Assembly (NCBI GenBank): GCA_947584415.1
Contig: CANPWN010000005.1
Location: forward strand, 9,142-73,141
Direction of reading: 5' to 3'
Source: an uncultured Clostridia bacterium
GTDB lineage: Bacteria > Bacillota > Clostridia > Christensenellales > UBA1242
Length of the DNA: 64,000 nt
This document shows positions 1 to 9,690 of this stretch, in pieces (position 1 is the stretch's first letter; every line of letters starts with the position of its first letter). The notes beneath the pieces were generated by a model. That model ran no database searches and was not told the origin of the DNA. It was given only the letters and a program-made list of their open reading frames with translations. A program made the translations under genes and the position numbers.

Positions 1-2620
1 GTTTAATCTTATATCCCCACTTGCATTTGCGACAATTCCACCAAAATAAGCGTTTATGTCCAAAGCGTAAACGAAGGAGTCAATGGATATGTTTGCACGC
101 GAATAACTGTCGGAGATGTTGATTCCATTAGTCACCATGCCGACCATACCACCAACTGTTGGGCTTGAATACTGCCCATTAACTTTGAGCAGAGTGCCTT
201 CTTTGACTGCAATTTCTTTGAGCGTGTGGCCAGTTCCCTGTGCAACACCAATCACGCCACCGAGAGTTTGATTTGCAGATATTGAGCCAGCAACAATGAT
301 TTTTTCAAGCACATTTCTGCTGCCTGCAACAAGGCCGACAACACCGCCGACAATCCCTATCATGCCAGATTTTTCAGTTGGAAGTGTTTGTGTTGTGAAG
401 CTTTGTCCCATGTAAGCGTTTGAAATTTTTGCATCCTGGCCATCCATGATGCCGACAATTCCACCAACTGCGGCCGCTGTGTAAGGAAGTAGTGCAAATG
501 GTCTTGGAGTTGCCTCACCGGTTGTGCCAATAACATAGGCATTTTGAAGTTCACCCTCAAGTTGACCCGTTATTAGTCCACCATATTGATATGGTTTTAA
601 CACCATTGTTTCTGTCAGTGTCATGCGGATATTGTCAGCGCTTGCGTTCAATCCGCCAAACATGAGTCCCGCTTTGCCGCCCAAAATGGCCAATCTGTTT
701 TCTGAGGTGAAATCCATGTCCTCAAGCTTTGCATTGCCAACTCCTCCGCCCGCATAACCAATTATTCCGCCAGCGTAAGAAAGTTTTGTCAAATCTCCAC
801 CATCCGCATATCTGTTGGCATCATTATTTTTTGGAACATTTGAGGCAACTGCACTGATTGATGCATGAATATTTTTCATTAAGATTTTGCCCAGAGAATA
901 ACCTATCATTCCTCCAACCACATTTTTGCCTATTACGCTGATAACTTGCTCTTGGTCATCTGATTCACGAGTGGTTTCTCCTTCCAAAGTGAAGTTGAAG
1001 ATGTTTGCATTTTCTGCCCTTCCACACAAAGCGCCAACCGCTGTTGAATTGGTGAAGGTGACAAGTTGTGGCTGCAAATTTAAGTTCATGATGGCAACTG
1101 ATTTGCTTGATGAACCTGCCAAACTTCCAAACAGTCCTGCTTCATCCATCCTTTGACTTGATGTTGTTTGCAAGCCAGAAATGGTAAGTCCGTTGCCTTC
1201 CAATGTGCCACTGAAGTCAACAAGATAAAGTTTGGAATAATCTGAAGCAAAAGTGGAATAATCAACATCTTTTGCAATTCTAAAGTCAGAAGATGGGTTG
1301 AGGGAGATGTATTCTTCCATTGTTTCTGGTGAGAAGATTACATAAGGGTTGTAAGTGTTGCCTTGCTCTGGAGAATTTTCGCCTGTAACAAAGGAGTATG
1401 TGCCGTCAGTGTTTGCCTCGCCTTCCTTAACCCTTTGGCTGTAAGCAAGCACATTTGCGCTGACAAGTTCAATTCTGTTCTTTGGGAAGGTCATTTGCAC
1501 ATCACCATTTTTTACTCTTGGAGAATTGTTGAAGTAATCAATTCCAGAGTTGCTCTCTGAATAATACCAAACTGCGTTTGATGTTGCTGGAGCATAGGTT
1601 ATGGAGAACTTGTCAAACGCCGCTTTGCCTTCGTCAGTCAGCAGACTGAACTCGTTGACACTTTTTTCTTTATCAAAATTAAGAGGTTGTGGATTTTCGC
1701 CTGGGAAGACAATGTCCGCAAGATTTTTGTTGACTTCACCAGTCAAATAATAACAATCTTCAAAAGTTCCAGAACTTGCGCCAGCAAAGTAATAGTTGTT
1801 TTGAATTTCATCTTGTTGAAGCACACTTGTGGAGAAACTGCGTGTGATTGTGCCTTTGTTTGAATAACAGAAGCCAGCCGCAGTTGAAGATGTGGAGATT
1901 GGAAGGTTGGAATAACAGTCAATCACACTTCCCTCATTTTCAAAGATAAAGCCGCCTGTTGGAACTGAACTTGAAATGTAACTTGCGCCTCCAGCTGTTG
2001 TTGAATAAGGCTTGTCTGCCTCATTAAAGCCAGAGGTTAGGCTGGTCATGATAAGCCCGTTTTGACTGTTAATTGCAACCAAACCACCCATGCCAAACAC
2101 CGTTGACCTTGGAGTGTCAACCGTCAAAACGCCTTCCCTGAACGCAGAGGATGCAATATGGCCTGTGTTATATCCCACAATTCCGCCCATATTCACGCTT
2201 GTTTGAGCAGAGTAAACGCCCAAACTGTTTGTAAGTTTTCCGCTATTCGTTCCGGCAATTCCGCCGAAATAATAGCCCGCGCTGTTTGGGTTTCCGCCTT
2301 CAAAGGTCAAATACAAAACTGAACTTCCTTGTGTTTTTACTTGTGCGTTTGAAATTGTACCTTCATTTGAGCCTGCAACAAGACCAAAGGACACAGGCGT
2401 TGTGGACTGCGACTTAAAGGTGATTGGGTTTGTGCCATCACCAACAACAATTGATATGTTTTGAATTAAACATGTTGCTTCAATGTTAGAGAATAAGCCA
2501 ATATTGGCAAAGGAGCTGTCAATCAAGTAATTGTAAGCGCTGCCGGTTTGATTGTTTGCAAGCGTTAGGCCTGCGTTGAATTTGAAAGAGTAGCCGTTGC
2601 CATCAAAGTAAGCCATATTG
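1..2620 (-). repeat. GLUG-type repeat arrays (FDGNG/LEGNG entry motif followed by many GG[IML][IV]G units); approximate bounds.
   Basis: Hand translation shows FDGNGYSFKF near 2600 and LEGNGLTISGL near 1190. These are followed by motifs such as YFGGIAGTNSG, NMGGIVGYNTG, VVGGMIGYSLG, YAGGIIGYAGG, AVGGIVGIMDG and TVGGMVGMVTNG. Confidence 0.5.
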
Positions 2621-5600
2621 CCCAATTTTGGCACAAATTTGTCGCTTGGAACTTCAATGTCATTTGTCAGTATGTAATATCCATCTGGCTCCATTGCCAA
2701 GAAGTCATCATAATCATCAACAGGGTTCAAAGAACTGAGCGAACCAAGTGACACAGCGCGAACATCAATTGTCGTTCTGATTGGCGTGCCTTCGGTTGTT
2801 TGAACTTGGTAGAAACCTTTATCAACCTTAAATTTTGCCTCATACTTCAAATAATAATGTCTGTATGCTTGTGGGTCATGTGGTTGAAGTGGCAAGATGG
2901 AGTAGCCTTGTGTTATGATGTAACGCGTGGAGACAGAGGTTGTGTCGCTGAATTCAAGTCGTCTTCCCTCATTGCTGTTTTCTGGGTTAAGCGAGTGCGT
3001 CACGCTGACAAAATCATTTGCGTCTGTGTCCACAACAAGTGTCCAAGTTGCCTTTGTGCGAAGGTCTGACAAGAATTCTTCAATAGATGACGCTATGCCA
3101 TCATTTTGCTCGTTGTATTCAATGTCACCATTAAATGTTACATTAAGCGACTTTCTTTCATTGACAGGCGTGGTTATAACACCATTTCTCATATCTGAGA
3201 TGATGTCCATGGAAGAATTGATGTCATAATTGACAACATACTCATAAATGTGCATTTCATAAGAGATTTCTTTTGGAGCAAGCCCATATTTTGTTTGCTT
3301 ATAAGCCTTGACACTTATTTCAAAATCAATTCCTCCGCTTGAAGCGCTTGCTTCACGTTCATAGTCGCCGCGTGTGATGTCATTTGAAATGACAAGATAA
3401 TATCTGTTATCTTCCCTTAGTTCAATGGTTGCAAAACGCGAGCTTGATGTCACTTCCACACTATCATATCCCACCGCACGCACATCAAGCTGATAAGTAA
3501 GCCCGCGGGCAACACTGGTCTTGTTTGGATAATTCACTATGCCGACATAAAGGTCATTGGTGCTATAAAAATGATATGTGTATGTTTTTTGAATAAGCTC
3601 GTCATCATATCTGTTCTTAACAGCAACATCAAAGGCTACTGCCTGATCATCATTGATATTTCTGTTTGAGAACAAATATCTTACATATATTTGACCATTG
3701 AAACTATTTGCGTTCAAACGATTTAAAATCTCATCTTTGGACATTCTTACGCCGTCATTTAAAACCTCATAGCCATAGAACGGCACAAAGACAATCTGTC
3801 CTTCTTGGGCGGACATTGTTCCAATTTCAAGCGCCGCCATGCTTGCCCCTTCAAGCGCGTTGATTTCATTGTTTCTTATGGTGATATATTCAAAGTCGGC
3901 ATCATAAGGGGTCAGTGCAATGGAAAGCAATCCCTGTGCGCCTGGTATTACAATCTCGCCTGCGCCCTTGTCCACATATTCAGCATAAGTTGGATAGTTG
4001 TCCACGCTGACATCTCTTACAACCTCTTGAACGAGATCCAAATTGAACACTTCAAGTGGTTGATAACTGCCATCTTCCAATTGTTTTGAAGAGCATGAAA
4101 CTTCCAATTTGTAAGTTTTGTAAATATTTTTTTGATAGCGTTTTTTGAAAAGTTCACTATTGTCGTCCAAAGAAATTTTAACTTTAAATTCAAGGCCTTT
4201 TTCTGGAGTTACATCAATCTTAAACAGCTTGCCCGTGATATCCTCGTTTCCGTCCAAAACTTTGAAATAAAGTTCTTCCTCATTGCAATCGCTGTCAATT
4301 TCAAAATAGTTTTCGCTTGGCACACTTGTGTAAACAACAAAGTTGTCAGCACTGTAACTGAGCGACTTTGCACCTTCATAGTAAGTTGCTGTCAAGTTTT
4401 TAACTGTTGCAATTGTGTGGGTATACTTAACGCCATTGATTACACAACTTAAAGTCGCACGCAAAGCAAACTCATCTTTCATCTCGCTGCCTTCAGACAC
4501 TTTGCCCGTGTCCTCTTTTTTAGACAAAGTGATGGCGTCACTTGTGATTGAAAATGTGCCATAGTTAAGTGAGGACAAAGCATTTTCTGCGTTCTTGTCA
4601 AGTATGGTGGGCTGCATGCTGTTTGAAACTTTTTTGAGTTGGATAAGGTGGCTGTTAATGGTCACAAGTCCGCTTCGAGAGATTGTTGCTTTGATGTAGC
4701 CACCCTTTTTAAAGCAATCTGCAATGCTATAAGATGGGTTAATGTTGATATGCACGCTGGATGCTGAGAATACTGGAATTCTTGCGCCATTGTTCACAAC
4801 TGTGTTGCCATAAGTGAAAATGCCGTCCAAACTGCTCTCGCCATACGAGAAGACATCAAAGTAATTTACAACATACAAATAAACAACTTCTTCAACATTT
4901 CTGTTTAATAAACTTGACAATTTGACTTCAACAATTCCAGTGCCATGCACACGAATTGTGCCGTCCGAATCTATATCCAAAATGCGGTCATCTTGCGAAA
5001 CAAGCGTGATGTCTTCGCTGAGCAGCTTGATTGGATAGAATGGGTGATTTGTTGGCAGGATGTTGAAAGCATTGTCAAGCTCTTCCTGCGCCTTTTGAAG
5101 ATCTGTGGTCGAATAGCCGTTTCCGTCATACTTGCCAGCCGCTTCAAAATAATACATGAAGATGACTTTTTCAATCTTGTCTTTTGGCGTCCATTTTAAT
5201 GGAAGCATTTCAATGAAATTGTCATTTTTTTCAATCATGACTGAGGTTGTTTGCTTGTCAAAGTTCTTAACCCCATTTTCTGCAACTCTCATCACGCTTT
5301 GTTCATCAATAACAATGTAGTCACCATAATATACATCTGTGGACAACTCATCACCAATGATTGCGGAGGTTAATGACCTGTTAATGTAAGAGCGAAGTGT
5401 TGCGATGTTTGAATAAATGAGTTTTGAGGCGCTGTTACCTTCAATAATAAAGGTGTCATCCAAAGGTTTGGACTTGAGTGAGCTTATGAAGGTGCTGTCG
5501 GCAAACATAACACCCATTGACGCCAAAACACCAACTCGTTCGCCATCATCTGTTGCCTCAATAATCATCTTTAAATCTGAAGAAATGTTTTGTTTAACAT

Positions 5601-8600
5601 TAAGACCAAAAAGGGCAATGTTTTTGCCTCGGACAAACACACGAGTTGTCAAGGATGAAAATTTTGTGTTTTCGGCAAGAGAGCCAACCACACCTGCTGC
5701 ATTTTGAGCGAAAATTTCGCCGCCAGCAATGATATTTTTCATCTCTGTGCCGCCATTTTCACCAATAAGTCCGGCTGCTGTGCCAGAAAATGTTGAACTG
5801 CCTTTCATGTCGGTTGGTGCGATATTTGCCTCTTTGCGAACACTGATAAGGGCATAAACAGTGTAAGATGCATAGCCAAACAGTTTTTCGCCTTCTTCCC
5901 TGCCAACCAGCGTGCCAGATGTTGACGAGCCTATCACCCCGCCAACAACCGCTTTGCCAGACGCATCCACAACATTTAAGTAATCATCGTAGATGACATT
6001 TATGGACCTTAGTGTGCCGCCCGTCATTTGACCGAACATGCCGCCAACATAAATTTTTGCGCCCTTTGTTACAATGCTGCTTTGTGACAATGTCACCTTT
6101 ATATTTGACATTTCGCCCGCAAATTTTCCTGCAATAAGTCCAATATATAATGTTGCTTCACTGGACTCATTGGAAGTTATGTCAAAACTTCCCAAGAAGG
6201 ATATGTTCGTTATTTTTGCGCCTTCGCTGATTGAGGAGAACAAGCCAAATTGATTGTCTGTGCCTTTTCTGACAACAATTCCTTTGATTACAGCGTTTTC
6301 AGCTCCCTTTATGCTGCCTGTGAAGGCTTTTGAACCACCTATTGGGAGAGCATCTCTGTAGCCAGAAAGGTCAATTGTTGTTTCAAGGGCATAGTGAAGA
6401 GCCATAGTTTCTTCTGTTTCGCCAATTTTGATAAGTTCCTCTGGAGTGCTTAGTGAAAATGGATTTTCTTCACTTCCGTCCTCATAAGCAACATCAAATG
6501 TCACAATTGAGGACTCAAAGCCTGAAATGATTTGCCCATCAGAATACCAAGCACTTGGGATTATTTGCAAAAGGCCAGAGTGAGTGTGCGGAACATAGCC
6601 ACTTTGCTCTTTTTCAGCATTTAATTTGGCATTAAACTCGCTGCTGAATTTGATAAACACATGCCAAATGCCTTCATTGATTTTTTCTATTTCAATTTCG
6701 CTTTCCAAAATCAAAGGAATTGAACTATAAGAGATATATTTGACAATAATATTTGTGTCGGTGGCTGAAGTTGGGTTAAGATAAACACCAACATCAAACA
6801 CATCTTGAGTGTTGATTGGGCTGAACACAATCTTTTCAATCTCATCAAGATTGGTGTAAATATTTTGAACATTGTTGTAATATTCGCCTTTGATTGTGAT
6901 TGGATAATAGTCGGCATTTCCGCCATATTGTCTGAGCGCGGCAAACAAAGTCACGCTGAACTCAACGCCAGAGTCTGGGTTGATGGTGAAAATAATGTTT
7001 TCGCTGTCAATGAGGTCCAAAGTGCCATAATAATCATCAAAAGATGGCCCAATTCTATATATTTTGCCTTGTGTCATCACGCCTTGAGGTGTTCTGCCAT
7101 CATAGGCATTTATGCCCGTTGTGTTGATTGTCCAATAAATGAAAGTGCTGTCATATGGCTTTGCAACATAAGTGCTTTCATGTGGGTCATAAAAACCAAA
7201 TGCAACTGAAGGCTGGATGTTAGGTTGCAGTGTCACTGTTTGAAGTGTTTTGTCGCTGACCTGTCCAACAGAAAGAGATATGCTGTCCGCTGATGGCTTG
7301 TTGATGGCAGTAAATCTGAAATCTTCAACTGGAACAAAACTGATGACATGGATGATTATTTGACGGCTGACAGGTTTTCTATGGAAATCCTCGCCTATCT
7401 CATAGCCATCTGCAATAAAGACTATATCTGCCTCTCCAAAATATTGTGTGCGCAAAGTATAAAGACCATTTCCACCATCTGTGATATAAATGACATCAAT
7501 TGGGTCTTTGCCATCAAATTGCGGCAAGTCAACATCATCCACTTGTGAAATTGTGAAAACATCTGTGCCGTTAGTTGAAGAAATGGAGATTGTGGCATGC
7601 CTATTGTAAGTCACAACATTTGCTGAAACAGTGTTTTGAATGACAAGTTCCATTTCATCATTGTAACCTTCACTAGGTGGATTGATTTTGTTTGCACTTA
7701 CAACTCCACTTGCGTCGGTGCCATACATGTTAACACTCATGTCATCAAAAGTTCTTCTGACTTTAACATGAAATGGATAAGCAAGTTTTACACCGTTGTC
7801 CAAAATTATGTCAAACTCCACATCACCTTCACTTATCACAAAGATTGAAAGTGAAACAGCAAATTTATTGTCGCCCAAGTCTTCCTTTCCATTAAAAATG
7901 ACTTGTGCAACATCCTTCACTTTGCTGCTGTTTGTTATTGTTGCGGACTTAAACTCACCGTTTGTAATCAAATTGTTAAAAGTAACCTCAGTTGAAGATG
8001 TCGAAACAAAGACTCCGGAATTTTCATCCGCTTCGGAATATACATAAAGTGGGTTGTCAAAATCAAGTGAGCGTGCGCCAGATAAAATGCGGTATTTCAA
8101 ATTGTAAACAAGTTGTTGCTGGTCTGAAAGAATATATTTGCTTATTACTGTAAATTTTATGTCCTTATATTCATCAAAAGCCTGATTTGCAGGGTCTGAA
8201 TTTCCACGAATATAGACTGGCTGCGAAATATCATCAATTTCAACACTGCCGTTGGTGTTTGCTGTGGCTTTATAATCTTGTTTGTTATATCTTACAACAA
8301 CATCATTTGAAAACTCCAACAAAACATGCTCAAAGGTGCTGTCATCTTCAAACACATCAATTTTAAATTCTTGCCAGCCATAATCCCCTTCATAATAATT
8401 ATAAAATTCATATCCGTTTTCATCTGAATTCTGCTCAATGTTGTTGATGGTGATTTCATTTGGCAAAATTAAAACATGCACAGGGATGCTCAAATGCTGA
8501 TGAACCGAACTGTCATTTGCACCCATAAAACTTTCACCATTAAACTTGTAATACACATCCAAATTTAGGGTTGTTTCCGCAGACGAACTTACATTACTTG

Positions 8601-9681
8601 AAAGCGTCACATGATAAACCGCTTTGCCTGTTTGTGCATCTATTTTTTCGGGAGAATATATGACGCAAACTTCATTTATATTCTCTGAAGATGCAGAAAA
8701 GAAAACATAATCCTCCATTTCGTCTTCAGCGTTTTTATAGCCAGCATAAGGCACTGTGACCATTAAACTCACTTCATTTCTGTTTAAAGATGATGTGTCG
8801 TTGGCTATGATTGAAATTTCGTTAACAGCAGAGTCATCCGCACCCTTGACTTCAATCATATTTTCGCTTTGGAAACCTGAAATGACAGTGAAACGATTTA
8901 ATAACTTGTAAACTTCTGATGTTTGAGGGTTGACATATTCGCTGACAAAATCAATGGTCTGCCCGTCTTGAACATCTGGGACTGTCAGTCCACCAATAAT
9001 TTGTCCTTCTTGATTTAAAAATTCAACACTTCTTCCACCTTGACCATCTAATTTAATTCTCGCCCTTTCGAACTTGTTTTCATCATTAGTTCCGTCAAGA
9101 TTGTTGGTCTTATAAAACGAAACTTGTCTTTCTGTGACATTGCCACCCACAACAACATCTTCAAAAACAAAGAAACTGTCATTTGGGATAAAGTCTGCCC
9201 TGTCAGATACAAACAGCAAAACATCATCTTCAAATTTGAACACAGAGGCATATTGCTTTACAACAATGTTTATGCTTTTTTCTTTTTCGCCAGCACATCT
9301 TGCAACAAGTGATGTTGTTCCACCGCTTTTGCCTGTCAGTTTGACAGTGGTTGTGCTGCCTTCTTGGCTGACACGCTCAAGCACAACATGTTCGCTTTCA
9401 ATTTTTGCATCATAAGAATCCAACGAACTGATTGAAGTTGAGTCAATCAAAGTGAAACTTATATTTGGGTCTACGGAATTTTTGTAATTTCCAATAGTAA
9501 AGGACACTTCTTGGCTTTCACCATCGACAAATAAAGAAACTTCATCAACACTTGATGACAAAGTTAAGTCAGAAGTTGGGTTTGAGCCGCAGCCGACAAA
9601 AAAGATGCCAAAGAGCATAAATATCACTCCCAGGCTGACAAAAGTTATTAAGTTTTTGAAAACTTTGCTTACTCTTTGCAT
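1..9681 (-). CDS. Giant surface lipoprotein, N-terminal 3227 codons; the 3' end lies beyond the window edge. Paralogue of the 6400-aa protein.
   Basis: Not in the ORF track because there is no stop in the window. ATG at 9679-9681 is preceded by AAAGGAAAAG. The N-terminus is MQRVSKVFKNLITFVSLGVIFMLFGIFFVGCGS, a signal peptide with a lipobox Cys. I hand-translated this frame at 9681, 8040, 5760, 4140, 2640, 1320 and 60; all spots were open and protein-like (e.g. KFVPKLGNMAYFDGNGYSFK, YFGGIVANASGDIRLN). Every listed minus-strand small ORF in 1-9690 is in another frame. Confidence 0.85.
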   Translation of the reverse strand, partial: MQRVSKVFKNLITFVSLGVIFMLFGIFFVGCGSNPTSDLTLSSSVDEVSLFVDGESQEVSFTIGNYKNSVDPNISFTLIDSTSISSLDSYDAKIESEHVVLERVSQEGSTTTVKLTGKSGGTTSLVARCAGEKEKSINIVVKQYASVFKFEDDVLLFVSDRADFIPNDSFFVFEDVVVGGNVTERQVSFYKTNNLDGTNDENKFERARIKLDGQGGRSVEFLNQEGQIIGGLTVPDVQDGQTIDFVSEYVNPQTSEVYKLLNRFTVISGFQSENMIEVKGADDSAVNEISIIANDTSSLNRNEVSLMVTVPYAGYKNAEDEMEDYVFFSASSENINEVCVIYSPEKIDAQTGKAVYHVTLSSNVSSSAETTLNLDVYYKFNGESFMGANDSSVHQHLSIPVHVLILPNEITINNIEQNSDENGYEFYNYYEGDYGWQEFKIDVFEDDSTFEHVLLEFSNDVVVRYNKQDYKATANTNGSVEIDDISQPVYIRGNSDPANQAFDEYKDIKFTVISKYILSDQQQLVYNLKYRILSGARSLDFDNPLYVYSEADENSGVFVSTSSTEVTFNNLITNGEFKSATITNSSKVKDVAQVIFNGKEDLGDNKFAVSLSIFVISEGDVEFDIILDNGVKLAYPFHVKVRRTFDDMSVNMYGTDASGVVSANKINPPSEGYNDEMELVIQNTVSANVVTYNRHATISISSTNGTDVFTISQVDDVDLPQFDGKDPIDVIYITDGGNGLYTLRTQYFGEADIVFIADGYEIGEDFHRKPVSRQIIIHVISFVPVEDFRFTAINKPSADSISLSVGQVSDKTLQTVTLQPNIQPSVAFGFYDPHESTYVAKPYDSTFIYWTINTTGINAYDGRTPQGVMTQGKIYRIGPSFDDYYGTLDLIDSENIIFTINPDSGVEFSVTLFAALRQYGGNADYYPITIKGEYYNNVQNIYTNLDEIEKIVFSPINTQDVFDVGVYLNPTSATDTNIIVKYISYSSIPLILESEIEIEKINEGIWHVFIKFSSEFNAKLNAEKEQSGYVPHTHSGLLQIIPSAWYSDGQIISGFESSIVTFDVAYEDGSEENPFSLSTPEELIKIGETEETMALHYALETTIDLSGYRDALPIGGSKAFTGSIKGAENAVIKGIVVRKGTDNQFGLFSSISEGAKITNISFLGSFDITSNESSEATLYIGLIAGKFAGEMSNIKVTLSQSSIVTKGAKIYVGGMFGQMTGGTLRSINVIYDDYLNVVDASGKAVVGGVIGSSTSGTLVGREEGEKLFGYASYTVYALISVRKEANIAPTDMKGSSTFSGTAAGLIGENGGTEMKNIIAGGEIFAQNAAGVVGSLAENTKFSSLTTRVFVRGKNIALFGLNVKQNISSDLKMIIEATDDGERVGVLASMGVMFADSTFISSLKSKPLDDTFIIEGNSASKLIYSNIATLRSYINRSLTSAIIGDELSTDVYYGDYIVIDEQSVMRVAENGVKNFDKQTTSVMIEKNDNFIEMLPLKWTPKDKIEKVIFMYYFEAAGKYDGNGYSTTDLQKAQEELDNAFNILPTNHPFYPIKLLSEDITLVSQDDRILDIDSDGTIRVHGTGIVEVKLSSLLNRNVEEVVYLYVVNYFDVFSYGESSLDGIFTYGNTVVNNGARIPVFSASSVHININPSYSIADCFKKGGYIKATISRSGLVTINSHLIQLKKVSNSMQPTILDKNAENALSSLNYGTFSITSDAITLSKKEDTGKVSEGSEMKDEFALRATLSCVINGVKYTHTIATVKNLTATYYEGAKSLSYSADNFVVYTSVPSENYFEIDSDCNEEELYFKVLDGNEDITGKLFKIDVTPEKGLEFKVKISLDDNSELFKKRYQKNIYKTYKLEVSCSSKQLEDGSYQPLEVFNLDLVQEVVRDVSVDNYPTYAEYVDKGAGEIVIPGAQGLLSIALTPYDADFEYITIRNNEINALEGASMAALEIGTMSAQEGQIVFVPFYGYEVLNDGVRMSKDEILNRLNANSFNGQIYVRYLFSNRNINDDQAVAFDVAVKNRYDDELIQKTYTYHFYSTNDLYVGIVNYPNKTSVARGLTYQLDVRAVGYDSVEVTSSSRFATIELREDNRYYLVISNDITRGDYEREASASSGGIDFEISVKAYKQTKYGLAPKEISYEMHIYEYVVNYDINSSMDIISDMRNGVITTPVNERKSLNVTFNGDIEYNEQNDGIASSIEEFLSDLRTKATWTLVVDTDANDFVSVTHSLNPENSNEGRRLEFSDTTSVSTRYIITQGYSILPLQPHDPQAYRHYYLKYEAKFKVDKGFYQVQTTEGTPIRTTIDVRAVSLGSLSSLNPVDDYDDFLAMEPDGYYILTNDIEVPSDKFVPKLGNMAYFDGNGYSFKFNAGLTLANNQTGSAYNYLIDSSFANIGLFSNIEATCLIQNISIVVGDGTNPITFKSQSTTPVSFGLVAGSNEGTISNAQVKTQGSSVLYLTFEGGNPNSAGYYFGGIAGTNSGKLTNSLGVYSAQTSVNMGGIVGYNTGHIASSAFREGVLTVDTPRSTVFGMGGLVAINSQNGLIMTSLTSGFNEADKPYSTTAGGASYISSSVPTGGFIFENEGSVIDCYSNLPISTSSTAAGFCYSNKGTITRSFSTSVLQQDEIQNNYYFAGASSGTFEDCYYLTGEVNKNLADIVFPGENPQPLNFDKEKSVNEFSLLTDEGKAAFDKFSITYAPATSNAVWYYSESNSGIDYFNNSPRVKNGDVQMTFPKNRIELVSANVLAYSQRVKEGEANTDGTYSFVTGENSPEQGNTYNPYVIFSPETMEEYISLNPSSDFRIAKDVDYSTFASDYSKLYLVDFSGTLEGNGLTISGLQTTSSQRMDEAGLFGSLAGSSSKSVAIMNLNLQPQLVTFTNSTAVGALCGRAENANIFNFTLEGETTRESDDQEQVISVIGKNVVGGMIGYSLGKILMKNIHASISAVASNVPKNNDANRYADGGDLTKLSYAGGIIGYAGGGVGNAKLEDMDFTSENRLAILGGKAGLMFGGLNASADNIRMTLTETMVLKPYQYGGLITGQLEGELQNAYVIGTTGEATPRPFALLPYTAAAVGGIVGIMDGQDAKISNAYMGQSFTTQTLPTEKSGMIGIVGGVVGLVAGSRNVLEKIIVAGSISANQTLGGVIGVAQGTGHTLKEIAVKEGTLLKVNGQYSSPTVGGMVGMVTNGINISDSYSRANISIDSFVYALDINAYFGGIVANASGDIRLN
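5700..6400 (-). repeat. GLUG-type repeat array, first cluster of the truncated giant protein; approximate bounds.
   Basis: Hand translation gives ...YVGGMFGQMTGG..., AVVGGVIGSSTSG..., TAAGLIGENGG... and NAAGVVGSLAEN. Confidence 0.45.
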
Positions 9682-9690
9682 CTTTTCCTT

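Noticed and set aside
1-9690. About 20 short ORFs (60-134 aa) listed by the track on both strands inside this interval.
   Set aside because: They are all out of frame with, or antisense to, the long open lipoprotein frame starting at 9681. Their translations are low-complexity, Cys/Phe/Ile-rich and non-protein-like.
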